Assembly: GCA_024704765.1 (NCBI GenBank)
Contig: JAKMXF010000297.1
Location: 124,001 to 188,000, forward strand
Length of the DNA: 64,000 nt
Direction of reading: 5' to 3'
DNA from: Oopsacas minuta
Lineage: Eukaryota > Animalia > Porifera
The notes beneath the pieces were generated by a model. That model searched no databases and had not been told where the DNA came from. It saw only the letters and a list, made by a program, of their open reading frames with translations. The first letter of the stretch is position 1. Every line of letters starts with the position of its first letter. The translations under genes and the position numbers were made by a program. This document shows, in pieces, positions 43,472 through 53,951 of this stretch.

Positions 43472-44509
43472 ATGGAGCAAATGATTTCAAAGATAAAAAC
43501 ACTTTCCTTGGATTTCTCAACTCCTCAAAAATCTCTCTCTAAAGCTGGAATAAACTTAGAGCAAGATAGCGAATCATTAGAATTGATAAAAAATTATTTC
43601 AACTCATGCTCACTCCCAAAGCTGAAGTCTTTAGATATCTCATCAGTAGAGAAAGCTGAGAATAGTGGAATACACGTAGCACAAGATCTGAATGGATTCT
43701 ATAAGACATTAACTACGTTACATATCAAAGACTCGAAGGATTTAAGACTTAATGTTGTCAATGTGTATAAATTCACTATCCTCACACAGTTATCGATTAC
43801 GAACTGTAATATTACTATACTACCAGCTGGTGTTGGTAAACTTGTAAATCTTAAAATACTTAATCTCTCTGGTAACAAGCTATTTGATCTGCCTTATTTC
43901 ATTGTATATTGTGAGAACCTTGAGGAGCTAGATCTCTCCCACAATGCATTTGAATACCTCCCAGGGTATATTCTCCGAATACCAAAACTTAAAAGACTAC
44001 GTCGGTTATATAATCCGCTTGAAGATGTAAAGAAGAACTCTCCTCTCTCCAGTGTATGTATTCTGAATATCGATTACACAAAAATTCAGGAAACAAGCTT
44101 TATCCCTCCTCTCCAAACCCTATGTCTCCCTAAGATAATAAGGTCATATCCCAACTATTGGGAATTATCTATAGCACCTACTCTATGTAGGATATTAGAT
44201 CAACATGCTGATAATATTGTTTATTGTGAAAACTGTTTTAAACCAGGGATTAAGTCAGAAGTCTATATCCTGATCGCGGTTATATTTAGATGTTTTGAAC
44301 TCAGTCTAGTTCCTTTTGGACACTACAGCTGTTCTACTGATTGTAACAACATATTAAAGATTAGAATTCAAGAAAAATCTGATTCAATTCGAAGCCAATG
44401 GGAACAGGAATATGATGCAATGGTCCAACGTCACAATCCTCCTCGATCCGTACCAGAAGCCCCATCATCTCAAAATAGGGGTAGAGGACGTATTTGTAAC
44501 ATATTATAA
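43472..44509 (+). CDS. Leucine-rich repeat protein, LRRC58/LRRC28-like
   Basis: LRRs (LKILNLSGNKLFDLP, LEELDLSHNAFEYLP), BC-box-like PPLQTLC, Cys-rich tail CENC...PFGHYSCSTDC (cf. LRRC58 PLMHYLCSPEC). Confidence 0.62.
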   Translation: MEQMISKIKTLSLDFSTPQKSLSKAGINLEQDSESLELIKNYFNSCSLPKLKSLDISSVEKAENSGIHVAQDLNGFYKTLTTLHIKDSKDLRLNVVNVYKFTILTQLSITNCNITILPAGVGKLVNLKILNLSGNKLFDLPYFIVYCENLEELDLSHNAFEYLPGYILRIPKLKRLRRLYNPLEDVKKNSPLSSVCILNIDYTKIQETSFIPPLQTLCLPKIIRSYPNYWELSIAPTLCRILDQHADNIVYCENCFKPGIKSEVYILIAVIFRCFELSLVPFGHYSCSTDCNNILKIRIQEKSDSIRSQWEQEYDAMVQRHNPPRSVPEAPSSQNRGRGRICNIL

Positions 44510-44659
44510 ATGTATTGGTCTGTAATATATTATCTACATACAGTATACGTATATTATTCTTATGTAGTTTTATAATTATGATTATTATACAGATTTACAA
44601 GAAATACGACATAATCCAAAGTATACAAATAATATAATAAAATGAGCTAAAAAATCCAT

Positions 44660-47263
44660 TCAATCAAATTCTCTTTTGATAAAATGTTTATAAATAACAT
44701 CCCGTTTGAGCTTGTAACTTGTAGTAATCTCACCTGTCTTTACAGAGAATCCTCCTCTAGCAAATGCCCAGGTCTTAATGTGATGGTTTTTAGAAATCGC
44801 TTCTTTATTCATCTCCTTCATCTCCCTAGTGATAAATTCACGTACTTGAATATGACTCATGAATGCACCTACATCCAATATAGAGTTAATCCCGAGGTGG
44901 TAGAGACAGGAGTGAGCAGCGAATGCATCTAGTTCCTTAGTCCTATCTCCTTCATCATTGTATTTAACTTTAACAGTGAATAATGCTATCAGTTCTCCTG
45001 TGTCATTTGGTAGAACAATAACATACTCCATAAATGGTAATCTCTCCAGTAGCTTATCCTCCAGTGTAATAGGAAATACTCTCTCTCCGTCCTTCATGCG
45101 GAAATGGTGAATTTTACGTCCGTGATATGTGAGCTTATCGCCTTCTAGCTTACCCAGATCTCCTGTTTTATAGTATGGTATCTCCATGGTATCGATATTT
45201 ACGAAAGCGTCTTGAGTCAGCTTTTCCTCATCGACATACCCCATAAACAAATTCCTACCTGAGATACAAATCTCTCCAATATGCTCATCACCCGGCTCCA
45301 TGAGAATATGATAATCAATCTCACTCATTATTTGTCCATCTGTCAACTTTACATCCTCCGGAGTAGTAGAAGCTACTGTAGCAGTTGCTTCAGTCATTCC
45401 GTATGTATTCAGTACAAATATATTTCTCTTAACTAAGAACTCAAACACTTCTCTAGGTAGAGGAGCGTATGTACTGCAACATATCTTACATTCGTTAAGA
45501 CCAAGTACTCCAGCTATTTTCTCTAAGAATGCAAACCGTACGAAAGAGAAGAATAACTTATGTTTGAGATTCTTGTTTGCATGAGTGACCTCCTTCTCTG
45601 TGATGTTCTCTGCCCATGAATATAATTTCTGCTTCAGGTAGCCAGACATCTCAACCTCAAGAGACAAGCGTTGGTAGATACCCCTCCAGAATTGCTCCCC
45701 TGCAATGATGAAGGTGGGACGGACCTCTTTGAGACACTCTACGAGTCCATAGTCCATCCAGGGTGTGGTACCGATTATATAGACTGTACCTTTCATCATT
45801 AAGTTGAAATATATATCAGACATATGAGCTAAGGTAGTTGACAGAGGGAAATAGTTGAGTATTATACTCCTCTTACTACCTAAATAATTCCGAAGATTGA
45901 AGAACTTCATACTATCAGTCATGTGTCGTGTGATATTATCATGGGAGAGCATAACTCCTTTAGGTGTACCTGTAGTTCCACTGCTGAATAGAATTGTACA
46001 ACATTTGTTTGGCTTTAATCCTCGCATAATTCTTGTAATGTTATCGTTATTCTCTCCACATCCTCTGCTGTTGAACGTGGCCCAGTCTACGCCCCTACTG
46101 TCACCAGGAGAAACATGGGGTGGGAATAGGATCACATGTTCTACCATTACGTCATCAAGAATAGTAAGTACTTTAGAAAAATAATACGCATCTCCTACGA
46201 ATAAGAATTGTAGTTTTGTCATTAAAGCAATCTGCTTAAGTCTAATCTCTGTGGTATTTGGACTGATCGCTACAGATACTCCCCCGGCCATTATAATACC
46301 GAGATTACTGATTATCCAGTAAGGAGAGTTACCTCCGTACAGACCCACACCTCTACCTGATACCAAGCCACATCGTCTCAGAGCCTTAGCTACCTGCAGA
46401 GCAGCATCAAATAACTCCAGATATGTGATCCCCTCCCATTCACCTCTCTCCTTATACTTTATAATGAAATTACCAGGACAAGTAGTAACATATGAGAGTA
46501 GTAATCTAGGGATAGTTAGAGGTACATTTGGATCTACATTGTTCTCTCTCATGTACCTCCTGATCCTCACTTCTCCATTCATGTCAGAAGTATAGTAAGG
46601 AAGATTCTTGTTATAATAGCACTCTTTCATAAGCACATCATCTGCTATGTCTATTTTGAGTAATTTCTCAAGTGGAGATAGCTTCCTAATCACATCATTA
46701 TCTCTCTTTACTCCTTTACCAAGCTTTATTGAGTATTTACTTGGAGAGAATGTAATTCTAGAAATTAAGCTATCTACATGTATAGGATTCTCTGAGTAAT
46801 AATCAATGAGACCATGGATAGTAGTAAACGTATCACCAGTAGATTCTAACTTTACAGAAGGTGTCTGTCTAGGGAAAGAGAGTACTCCCTCTAGTACGTA
46901 TGATTTTTTCAGATGCTTTGGATTATATAGTATGCAGATAGATACACGGTTAATCTCACACTTGTCCATATAGAGGAGGTATGAGCCATTAGGTCTGTTA
47001 TATTTAGTTAGGATCTCCTCAGCTGTATCATTACGTATTATGCCATGAAAGGTAGGCTCCTCGTACAAGGTGGGTATGAGTGGGGAGGAGAGCGCCTCAT
47101 CCTCCAAAGAGCTCACTCTGTATCTGTAAAGTTCGGTGGAGATTGTAGGAGGTCTCTTTGAGTCTGTACTCTCCTGTAAATGAGATGAACACATCTGCAT
47201 TGAATCAGAATTAACATTTTCCACTGATGCAATGTATATCTGGTCATTATCTTGAGTAGCCAT
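44660..47263 (-). CDS. Fusion of a degenerate SH2 domain and a bubblegum-type long-chain acyl-CoA synthetase (ACSBG-like)
   Basis: SH2-like FHGIIRNDTAEEIL...NGSYLL...FTTIHGLIDYYSENP (aa 71-161); ACSBG motifs PNKCCTILFSSGTTGTPKGVMLSHDNIT, YGMTE, TGDLG, GEITTSYKLKR; single uninterrupted ORF. Confidence 0.85.
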   Translation of the reverse strand: MATQDNDQIYIASVENVNSDSMQMCSSHLQESTDSKRPPTISTELYRYRVSSLEDEALSSPLIPTLYEEPTFHGIIRNDTAEEILTKYNRPNGSYLLYMDKCEINRVSICILYNPKHLKKSYVLEGVLSFPRQTPSVKLESTGDTFTTIHGLIDYYSENPIHVDSLISRITFSPSKYSIKLGKGVKRDNDVIRKLSPLEKLLKIDIADDVLMKECYYNKNLPYYTSDMNGEVRIRRYMRENNVDPNVPLTIPRLLLSYVTTCPGNFIIKYKERGEWEGITYLELFDAALQVAKALRRCGLVSGRGVGLYGGNSPYWIISNLGIIMAGGVSVAISPNTTEIRLKQIALMTKLQFLFVGDAYYFSKVLTILDDVMVEHVILFPPHVSPGDSRGVDWATFNSRGCGENNDNITRIMRGLKPNKCCTILFSSGTTGTPKGVMLSHDNITRHMTDSMKFFNLRNYLGSKRSIILNYFPLSTTLAHMSDIYFNLMMKGTVYIIGTTPWMDYGLVECLKEVRPTFIIAGEQFWRGIYQRLSLEVEMSGYLKQKLYSWAENITEKEVTHANKNLKHKLFFSFVRFAFLEKIAGVLGLNECKICCSTYAPLPREVFEFLVKRNIFVLNTYGMTEATATVASTTPEDVKLTDGQIMSEIDYHILMEPGDEHIGEICISGRNLFMGYVDEEKLTQDAFVNIDTMEIPYYKTGDLGKLEGDKLTYHGRKIHHFRMKDGERVFPITLEDKLLERLPFMEYVIVLPNDTGELIALFTVKVKYNDEGDRTKELDAFAAHSCLYHLGINSILDVGAFMSHIQVREFITREMKEMNKEAISKNHHIKTWAFARGGFSVKTGEITTSYKLKRDVIYKHFIKREFD

Positions 47264-47423
47264 TCTATAGAGTGAAATTATAACTATATTATCTAACTTA
47301 ATAGTTAATACGTAGTTTGTCTATAATATAATTTATACGTAGTTAAATATAGCGAAATGGTGTACAGAGTTGATACCATATTATTACGTGATATAAATAG
47401 TGATAATTAAGTAGTATCAGTTA

Positions 47424-48935
47424 TCAAGTACTCCTCATTTTATGCAGATGAGTAGAATCCATCAAGATAGGATCTTTAGACATCATGACACGAGCTCTCA
47501 TAGGGCGTTGTTCTCTCAACATTCGATTGGTGGTAGATGGGAGGATCAGCTGGTCCTCTCCAAGCGAGTGTACCTGTGTACTCTTAGTGTATCCATTGCG
47601 AGGAGGGAATTGGGGAGCAGTAGCTACGCGGTGTACCGGGGGCGTGTCTGTCTTACCAAAGAACTGACCCTTATAATGAGTATCAAATTGGTCTCTTTCT
47701 AGATTAGGATGATCGGCTATTTCCTTATTATTCACAAAGCCAGAAGCTTCTTTGAGTCCTACTTGACTGTCCCAATCCTTAGCAGGATGTGAATCGGTAT
47801 CAGGCACATGTTGAGGGAACGAATCCTTCATTACACTCATCTTATTGGTTGTGTATTTAAGATTCATAAACTCAGCTGGGTTTGATTGCTGAATACGCGG
47901 GATCAGCTGTTGAGGTACCTGTTTGAGAGAAGTGTAAGCTTCTGATTGCTCTGCTTTACGCAGAAGGAACTCTGGTAGGTCTCTATGTCCTTTGGTGAAT
48001 CCATTAGATATCTCAGCTGAGTGACACAGTCTGATCCCGTAATGGGGAGGAGCTACATTTTTCACGTGAGCAGAACTAACATGGAAATCATCCTTCATGG
48101 CACTTCTACTAGTAGGGCGGGTAGTAGTAGTCCCTCGTTCATTTCCTATCAGAGCTTCATGTCTCCTGAAAGTGATCGGTTCGATCTGTTTGCTGTGAGT
48201 AAATCCAGTTTCTTCCTTGCCTCCTAGCATCAAACGCCTAGGTCCCTCATAAGAAAACCTGTTGCTCTTCTGAGTGTATGCAGCTTTCTGTTCTGTTGAG
48301 AAAGCAAAAGGTCCCAAACCTGAGTTCTCCTCCTCTACACGGGTCTTGACAAACCTCCCTTGAGGCTCAGCCTGGTGTGGTAACTTTACTCCCAAAACCT
48401 GTCCTGGACCCTGCTCCCGCGTATCTACATGCACAGACTGTACATTGTTATGAAACGGCCTCGTGCTAGGAATATCCTTGGTGTAACCCATGTCAGTTTG
48501 GTATGTAGTTGTTGGTAGTTGGAGGAAGGCAGGACAATCCCCATGAGCGGGTCTAGGCTGTCCGCTCAGAGCTGGGGGCTGGGATTGAATGAAATTGGCC
48601 TTGTTGGTAGCAAGATCAAAGTCTTGTCTGTATACGGTAGAATCTTTGTTCTTCCTCAGATTCTCTCCCAGAGACGGATTATCTACTGCATCCATTCCGT
48701 AGTTGTAACCAATAGAGGGACGGAAGTTACTCCCGTAACCAGTGGAGTTACCTCTCCATTCAACACGAGGATGGAACTCAGGCTGGCCGAAGTAATGATC
48801 ATAAGCAGTGGAGTAGAAGTCATAAGCTGTCCGTCGTGCTGTACCTCTACTACACAGGATCTCGTGATAGGGTGTTCCGATCTGTCTCTTCCCTGGCTCT
48901 TTCATTTCTGTCGGGCGAACAGCAACTCGTGACAT
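47424..48935 (-). CDS. SAXO4: Stabilizer of axonemal microtubules 4 (PPP1R32/IIIG9)
   Basis: DFYSTAYDHYFGQPEFHPRV...TGYGSNFRP...DAVDNP, VHVDTREQGP and KEETGFT match PPP1R32/SAXO4; TxYxxDF (Mn-like) motifs. Confidence 0.85.
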   Translation of the reverse strand: MSRVAVRPTEMKEPGKRQIGTPYHEILCSRGTARRTAYDFYSTAYDHYFGQPEFHPRVEWRGNSTGYGSNFRPSIGYNYGMDAVDNPSLGENLRKNKDSTVYRQDFDLATNKANFIQSQPPALSGQPRPAHGDCPAFLQLPTTTYQTDMGYTKDIPSTRPFHNNVQSVHVDTREQGPGQVLGVKLPHQAEPQGRFVKTRVEEENSGLGPFAFSTEQKAAYTQKSNRFSYEGPRRLMLGGKEETGFTHSKQIEPITFRRHEALIGNERGTTTTRPTSRSAMKDDFHVSSAHVKNVAPPHYGIRLCHSAEISNGFTKGHRDLPEFLLRKAEQSEAYTSLKQVPQQLIPRIQQSNPAEFMNLKYTTNKMSVMKDSFPQHVPDTDSHPAKDWDSQVGLKEASGFVNNKEIADHPNLERDQFDTHYKGQFFGKTDTPPVHRVATAPQFPPRNGYTKSTQVHSLGEDQLILPSTTNRMLREQRPMRARVMMSKDPILMDSTHLHKMRST

Positions 48936-49085
48936 TGATAGTTTGGTGTCTATAATAATTACAAATTATAAAATGAATATTTAGGTTAAACCACTGTATT
49001 AAGTATAAACTGGATTTCGACAATACACCTATAAAAGTAGTAAAAACAGAGTTACAAAGATGTGTTACAAAATACTTAACAAATG

Positions 49086-51737
49086 TTAGTAAGACAGTAT
49101 GCTGTTCTGTCTAATGGTATCCAGCTGTCTGTCTGATTGGCAAGGGTTGGAGTTAGACAGACTGAAGGAGAGAGAGGTCTGGTATGAGAGAAGCTCGGTT
49201 AAGAAGGGGTGTGAGTCGGCTAGCTTCTCAAGTAGAAATATACCTGATAAATAGCTCTGAAATATATCGTAGTGTGTATTACCGCTTTTCTTCCATAACT
49301 GGATAAGACCATCTAATACCCATTTACAGCAGAGAGCTTGTAGCAACAGGAACAGATCCTTGCTATCTGTCTTAACATCATCATGTTGATAACTACTCCA
49401 TATCAACTCGGTAGCTTCTTGGGAGACACGTACCAATAGTGCGGGACGATGAAGAGGGGATGAGTGTACAGAGATACGAAATCTGCTCGTTAGCAGAAGA
49501 GCCTTAGGTAGAACAAGGGAAGAGTTGATAAGAGAAGATGGCACGTTCTTGAAGAAATTGCTGTATGTTTGTTGATCACTGGCAATTCCTCGCTTCCATT
49601 CAGACGCCATAACTCCTACAGTAGCCCACCAGTGAGTGAGCTCACCAGTAGAGGGAGGAAGAGATTGAATATGAGATGAGAATCTCTGTGCGTGTATAGA
49701 ATCTTGTTTCTGTGTGTGTTGTAATGAAATAGTACTCTGTAGGAGAACTGATAACTCAAAACAGAACACCTGTGTTTGTATTTCTCTGTCAATATCCCAT
49801 TCTTCTGTCTGTGGATTATTACGCCAGAGGGAGAGCTCATGTCTAGAGCAGGTATCTGACGTCACAGTATCTGTACTTCCTACTGATAGCTTCAATACAG
49901 CTATAATAACACGCTCTGTCAGATACTCAGATTTCTTATCCAACAGCTGTAACAGAGATTGTTGTGAATACTGCACTAAGTATAGAGGTAGAGTAGATAT
50001 GTAGCATTGAGCTAGTGTATGAGCAGTGAGAGAAGAGTATATACAGCTGAGAGAACATCTCTTAGCTGTTTGTACTCTCTGAGATAGATGTAGTGATAAT
50101 ATAATCTCGCGAAGGAGAGTGAGATTAAGTTCTGTCTCTCTCTGACAAGGTGTGAAAAAGCGCAGATAAGTGTAGCGTATGAATCTTAGAGCACACAGGT
50201 ATCCAGCTTCTAGCAAAAGGGACAGAACTAGTCGTGGCATAGAGAGTTCTAGATAGAATCCCAATTCCTCAAAAGCTATCCGAAGCAAATATAAACTATG
50301 ATCGAATCTCTTCTCGCGGAATTCGACACCAGCCTGTCCAGTAAGCTTGATAAATTGAGAATGATCAGCTGATAGAGATCTAGGGAATAGTAGCTTTGCT
50401 GAGTATACAAGCACGATGAGTGAGAGAGAGATGAGAGAGAAACGAACACTCCAGGAGAGAAGAGAAAATGGATGAATTAGGGATGAAGATTGTCTGAGAG
50501 AAGTCCCCACAGATGATTCACTCAAGTAGAGGAGTGTACGACTCCTGAACACAGCACTACCTAGTCCTCCGAACTGATCTCTGCTTGCGAATGCACTAGG
50601 TAGCTCCCAGAGAGATACAGGATCAGGTGCACACAGACACAATACAATGGTAAAGAGACAACAGAATATCTTTACTGAATTGTTAATGCGAGGGACTTTA
50701 TGAGCGGGGAAGTATTTGTTAGGAATAACAGTTGATTCAAGAGCAGGGGGAGATGACGTCATTATGGGAGGAGAGGACTCACTAGAGTTTGAGGAGTGTC
50801 CATACCCATTCAACTCAGTTACACGCTCCTCAAGGCATCGATTCCTCTCCTCCAAATCTCGGATGTAGATTAGAGCTTTAGCTAGGATGTTACTCTTGGG
50901 TAGAGGTTCATCAGGTGCTACGATTGATTTGAGTTCTTGAATCTTAGAATTGATACGTTTACGATATCTCTCTTCTATAGCATTATGAGATTGTCTCTTC
51001 TTCACACCCTCTCCTGTTCCCTCTCTCATATCACTGCTGACAGCTGTAGAGGTGGGACTCGTATAGGGTTGTACTCGGGAACTAGAGTTGCGTCTGATAG
51101 GGACTTTATGTGTCTTAGATACCCTGGTATGGGTTACAGGTACTTGTGATTCCTTGGGTATGAAGTCTACTAGGGGTGAGCGAGGATCTGGGAGAGTTAC
51201 TTCAGATCCGAATATAGGAAATATCTGACTCTGCTTGTCGGAGACAATCTCACTTGGAGCAGAGATTGGTACGGAGAAGGGGTCCTGACAAGTGATAATC
51301 TGATCAGTGTGATTAGCTTGATCAATTTTTGAGATTTTGTTCTCGATTATTTTCTTCTCAACATCTAATAGCATCTTCTGATACTCACGATGCATATGGA
51401 CAAGTCTATACTGTTCTGAATCAAACTGATAAGGAACTACAGTACTAGAATTCTGAGGGTAAGGCGCCATATGGTCGTATTCAGTAGGGGAGTGATGTGT
51501 GTAAGAGGGATGTGATCCCATCTGGTATGTGGCAGCACATTGATTATCGATTTGCTTATCAGGTTGAAGAAATTCAGACAATAGTTCTGAGTCCAGAGCA
51601 CAACTCCTGGAGTAGTCCACGTCAGTTTGAACCCCACTGTCTGGGTCTGGATAGGGGAGGACCTCTCTGTTTGTGAGCCAATCGATCGTGTCAGATCCCG
51701 AACTATCCGGTGAGAAGGAGATGGTAGATGAGTTCAT
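49086..51737 (-). CDS. SREBF: Sterol regulatory element-binding protein precursor
   Basis: bHLH-ZIP KRQSHNAIEERYRKRINSKIQEL with the SREBP-specific Tyr, two TM segments flanking a lumenal RSRTLL site-1 motif, long C-terminal regulatory domain. Confidence 0.85.
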   Translation of the reverse strand: MNSSTISFSPDSSGSDTIDWLTNREVLPYPDPDSGVQTDVDYSRSCALDSELLSEFLQPDKQIDNQCAATYQMGSHPSYTHHSPTEYDHMAPYPQNSSTVVPYQFDSEQYRLVHMHREYQKMLLDVEKKIIENKISKIDQANHTDQIITCQDPFSVPISAPSEIVSDKQSQIFPIFGSEVTLPDPRSPLVDFIPKESQVPVTHTRVSKTHKVPIRRNSSSRVQPYTSPTSTAVSSDMREGTGEGVKKRQSHNAIEERYRKRINSKIQELKSIVAPDEPLPKSNILAKALIYIRDLEERNRCLEERVTELNGYGHSSNSSESSPPIMTSSPPALESTVIPNKYFPAHKVPRINNSVKIFCCLFTIVLCLCAPDPVSLWELPSAFASRDQFGGLGSAVFRSRTLLYLSESSVGTSLRQSSSLIHPFSLLSWSVRFSLISLSLIVLVYSAKLLFPRSLSADHSQFIKLTGQAGVEFREKRFDHSLYLLRIAFEELGFYLELSMPRLVLSLLLEAGYLCALRFIRYTYLRFFTPCQRETELNLTLLREIILSLHLSQRVQTAKRCSLSCIYSSLTAHTLAQCYISTLPLYLVQYSQQSLLQLLDKKSEYLTERVIIAVLKLSVGSTDTVTSDTCSRHELSLWRNNPQTEEWDIDREIQTQVFCFELSVLLQSTISLQHTQKQDSIHAQRFSSHIQSLPPSTGELTHWWATVGVMASEWKRGIASDQQTYSNFFKNVPSSLINSSLVLPKALLLTSRFRISVHSSPLHRPALLVRVSQEATELIWSSYQHDDVKTDSKDLFLLLQALCCKWVLDGLIQLWKKSGNTHYDIFQSYLSGIFLLEKLADSHPFLTELLSYQTSLSFSLSNSNPCQSDRQLDTIRQNSILSY

Positions 51738-52451
51738 TCTGAATTAGGATTGTATCTAAATGTCATTCCCTGTATATTTTATACCTAAAATGTAAAATAG
51801 CTCTAATCTGAGAGAAGCCACGAATCAGACTTGTGTCTCTCTTAACGTCATGTATAATATCTTATATATCATTTTATTAACCAGAGGATAGGCCAGAGGT
51901 AACCTCAAGATAGGCAGATTATGTAAATCTAAATTATTAAATATGGATTGTTTGGAAAGATTTCGTTGATTTCAAAAATGTAGCATTCTGTTTATTTGTT
52001 TTGAAGTAATTCCGTAATTCCTCAATTAAGCGCTGGGGTTTTGTATGTACAAAGAATAAATATCAAGCGCTTATACAGGGAACCATGGAGGAGCTTGGGT
52101 CCATTTTTCTTTGAACACTTATTCCTAAATTCGGCATTAATTAAAGACTATTTAGGCGTAAGGGCCGTTTACTAATGAGCAAAGGATGCGAAGCAGCTTT
52201 TCAGCTCTTGTGAGAACTTTTCATATCGATACGATTGATTCAAAGTATTTAGAAAATTAGTTTTGAATTCGAATAGTTGGCCAAGAAAATATGAGTGTAA
52301 AAACCATGTGTAAACATATTGTAACTAATTAACTAAAATAATGCAGAAGAATATGACCATAGCATTAATAATATTACTTCAAATTGGCTAATATAATATC
52401 AGTAATATATCATACCACATCAACCTGATCAGTTGACATAGCATGTTATAC

Positions 52452-52961
52452 TCAGAAATTTGTTGCATAGTTAAACCCACCTTCTGGATATGTGTAGCCA
52501 GATAGCAACAGAATTATATCAATTAACCACCATACTCCGAATCCTCCTAGTGTCAACAACTTACCAATACCAAGAGCAAATTGATTCAGACAGAATCTAT
52601 CCACACCAAATATACCTAGGAAGAAAGCATAGAGAAATATCCGCATGAAATCGCTTGAGTAATAGGAAATACAGGGAACAGTTTGATTGAATATTCTATC
52701 TCCATAACATTCTATATCACCTAGCACACCACATGTAAGATTACCATACAGTGTCTCTGAATAGTAATATACTGAAGAGAATTTGGTTTCTTGCTGGCAC
52801 TGTGAGAATGTTTCATCTCTAATATCAGCACAGATAATGAAGTCTTCAGGCAGGTGTTGACAACGGGGGAGAGCAGAGTTAAAATCGTATTCATTAGGTG
52901 TAGCAAATTTTAATAGGTGAAATATGAATAGAATTGAGAGTAGTTTTGTTGGAATATACAT
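52452..52961 (-). CDS. TM2D2: TM2 domain-containing protein 2
   Basis: CQHLPEDFIIC, IECYGDRIF...PCI, FLYAFFLGIFGVDRFCL, GKLLTLGGFGVWWLIDIILL. Confidence 0.9.
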   Translation of the reverse strand: MYIPTKLLSILFIFHLLKFATPNEYDFNSALPRCQHLPEDFIICADIRDETFSQCQQETKFSSVYYYSETLYGNLTCGVLGDIECYGDRIFNQTVPCISYYSSDFMRIFLYAFFLGIFGVDRFCLNQFALGIGKLLTLGGFGVWWLIDIILLLSGYTYPEGGFNYATNF

Positions 52962-53036
52962 AGTAAAGCTACAGCGTTGTAATGAATAATAACAATACGG
53001 ATATTGAAATAATTATCCCACTAATCACTACATATA

Positions 53037-53951
53037 CTCTAAGTGGACAAAAGTATTTCAAAACACAAATATATTGTCATAAATTGATACTCTTTCCCGT
53101 TCCTATATATTGTGTAGTCTATATTCGTAGCTGCTATGTAGTAATTTGTATAGAATAACATATGTTTTTCAAGAATTTCAAAAAAATATTTTCGATTTAC
53201 ACTTTTGGAAGGTGTTAATTATTAATAATTATTAGATAATTATTGATAATCAAAATACGTGGTAATTCAAAGCCTATTAAGAATCTATAATTTCTGACTT
53301 GATATTTGAATTCTACGTAGGCGAGTTACCCCAGATTGAAATTTCCAATCGGATTGAACAATTTTTACTAAAGTTATAGAAGAATTTCAATTTGTCCTAC
53401 TTGTGCCACTTTTTTCAAAAAGTGGCATAGGTGGCAGGAAAAAGCGCCACTACAAGGAAAGCAACTAGGGCTAGGAGGAATAAGTCGAAGTAATATTTTC
53501 GAATGATATGACTATGCTAACCCTTGAATTCCATAATAACCTCTTGGTAGCTGCCACTTGTGCCACCTTGGGCAAAAGGTGGCACAAATGGCACAAATGG
53601 AAATTCATCTATAACTCTGGTAAAAATTGTTCAATCCGATTGGAAATTTCAATCTGCGGTAACTCGCCTACGTAGAATTCAAATATCAAGTCAGAAATTA
53701 TAGATTCTTAATAGGCTTTGAAATACCACATATTTTGATTATCAATAATTATCTAATAATTATTAATAATTAACACCTTCAAAAAGTGTAAATCGAAAAT
53801 ATTTTTTGAAATTCTTCAAAAACATATGTTATTCTATACAAATTACTACATAGCAGCTACGAATATAGACTACACAATATATAGGAACGGGAAAGAGTAT
53901 ACAATTTATGACAATATATTTGTGTGTTGAAATACTTTTGTCAACTTAGAG
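53037..53951. mobile_element. 915-bp foldback element with about 400-bp inverted arms and a 113-bp spacer
   Basis: Arms 53037-53437 and 53551-53951 are near-identical reverse complements; termini ctctaagt / acttagag flanked by TA(TA). Confidence 0.92.

Noticed and set aside
48519-48932. 137-aa antisense ORF inside SAXO4
   Set aside because: TTG start, antisense shadow of a conserved gene
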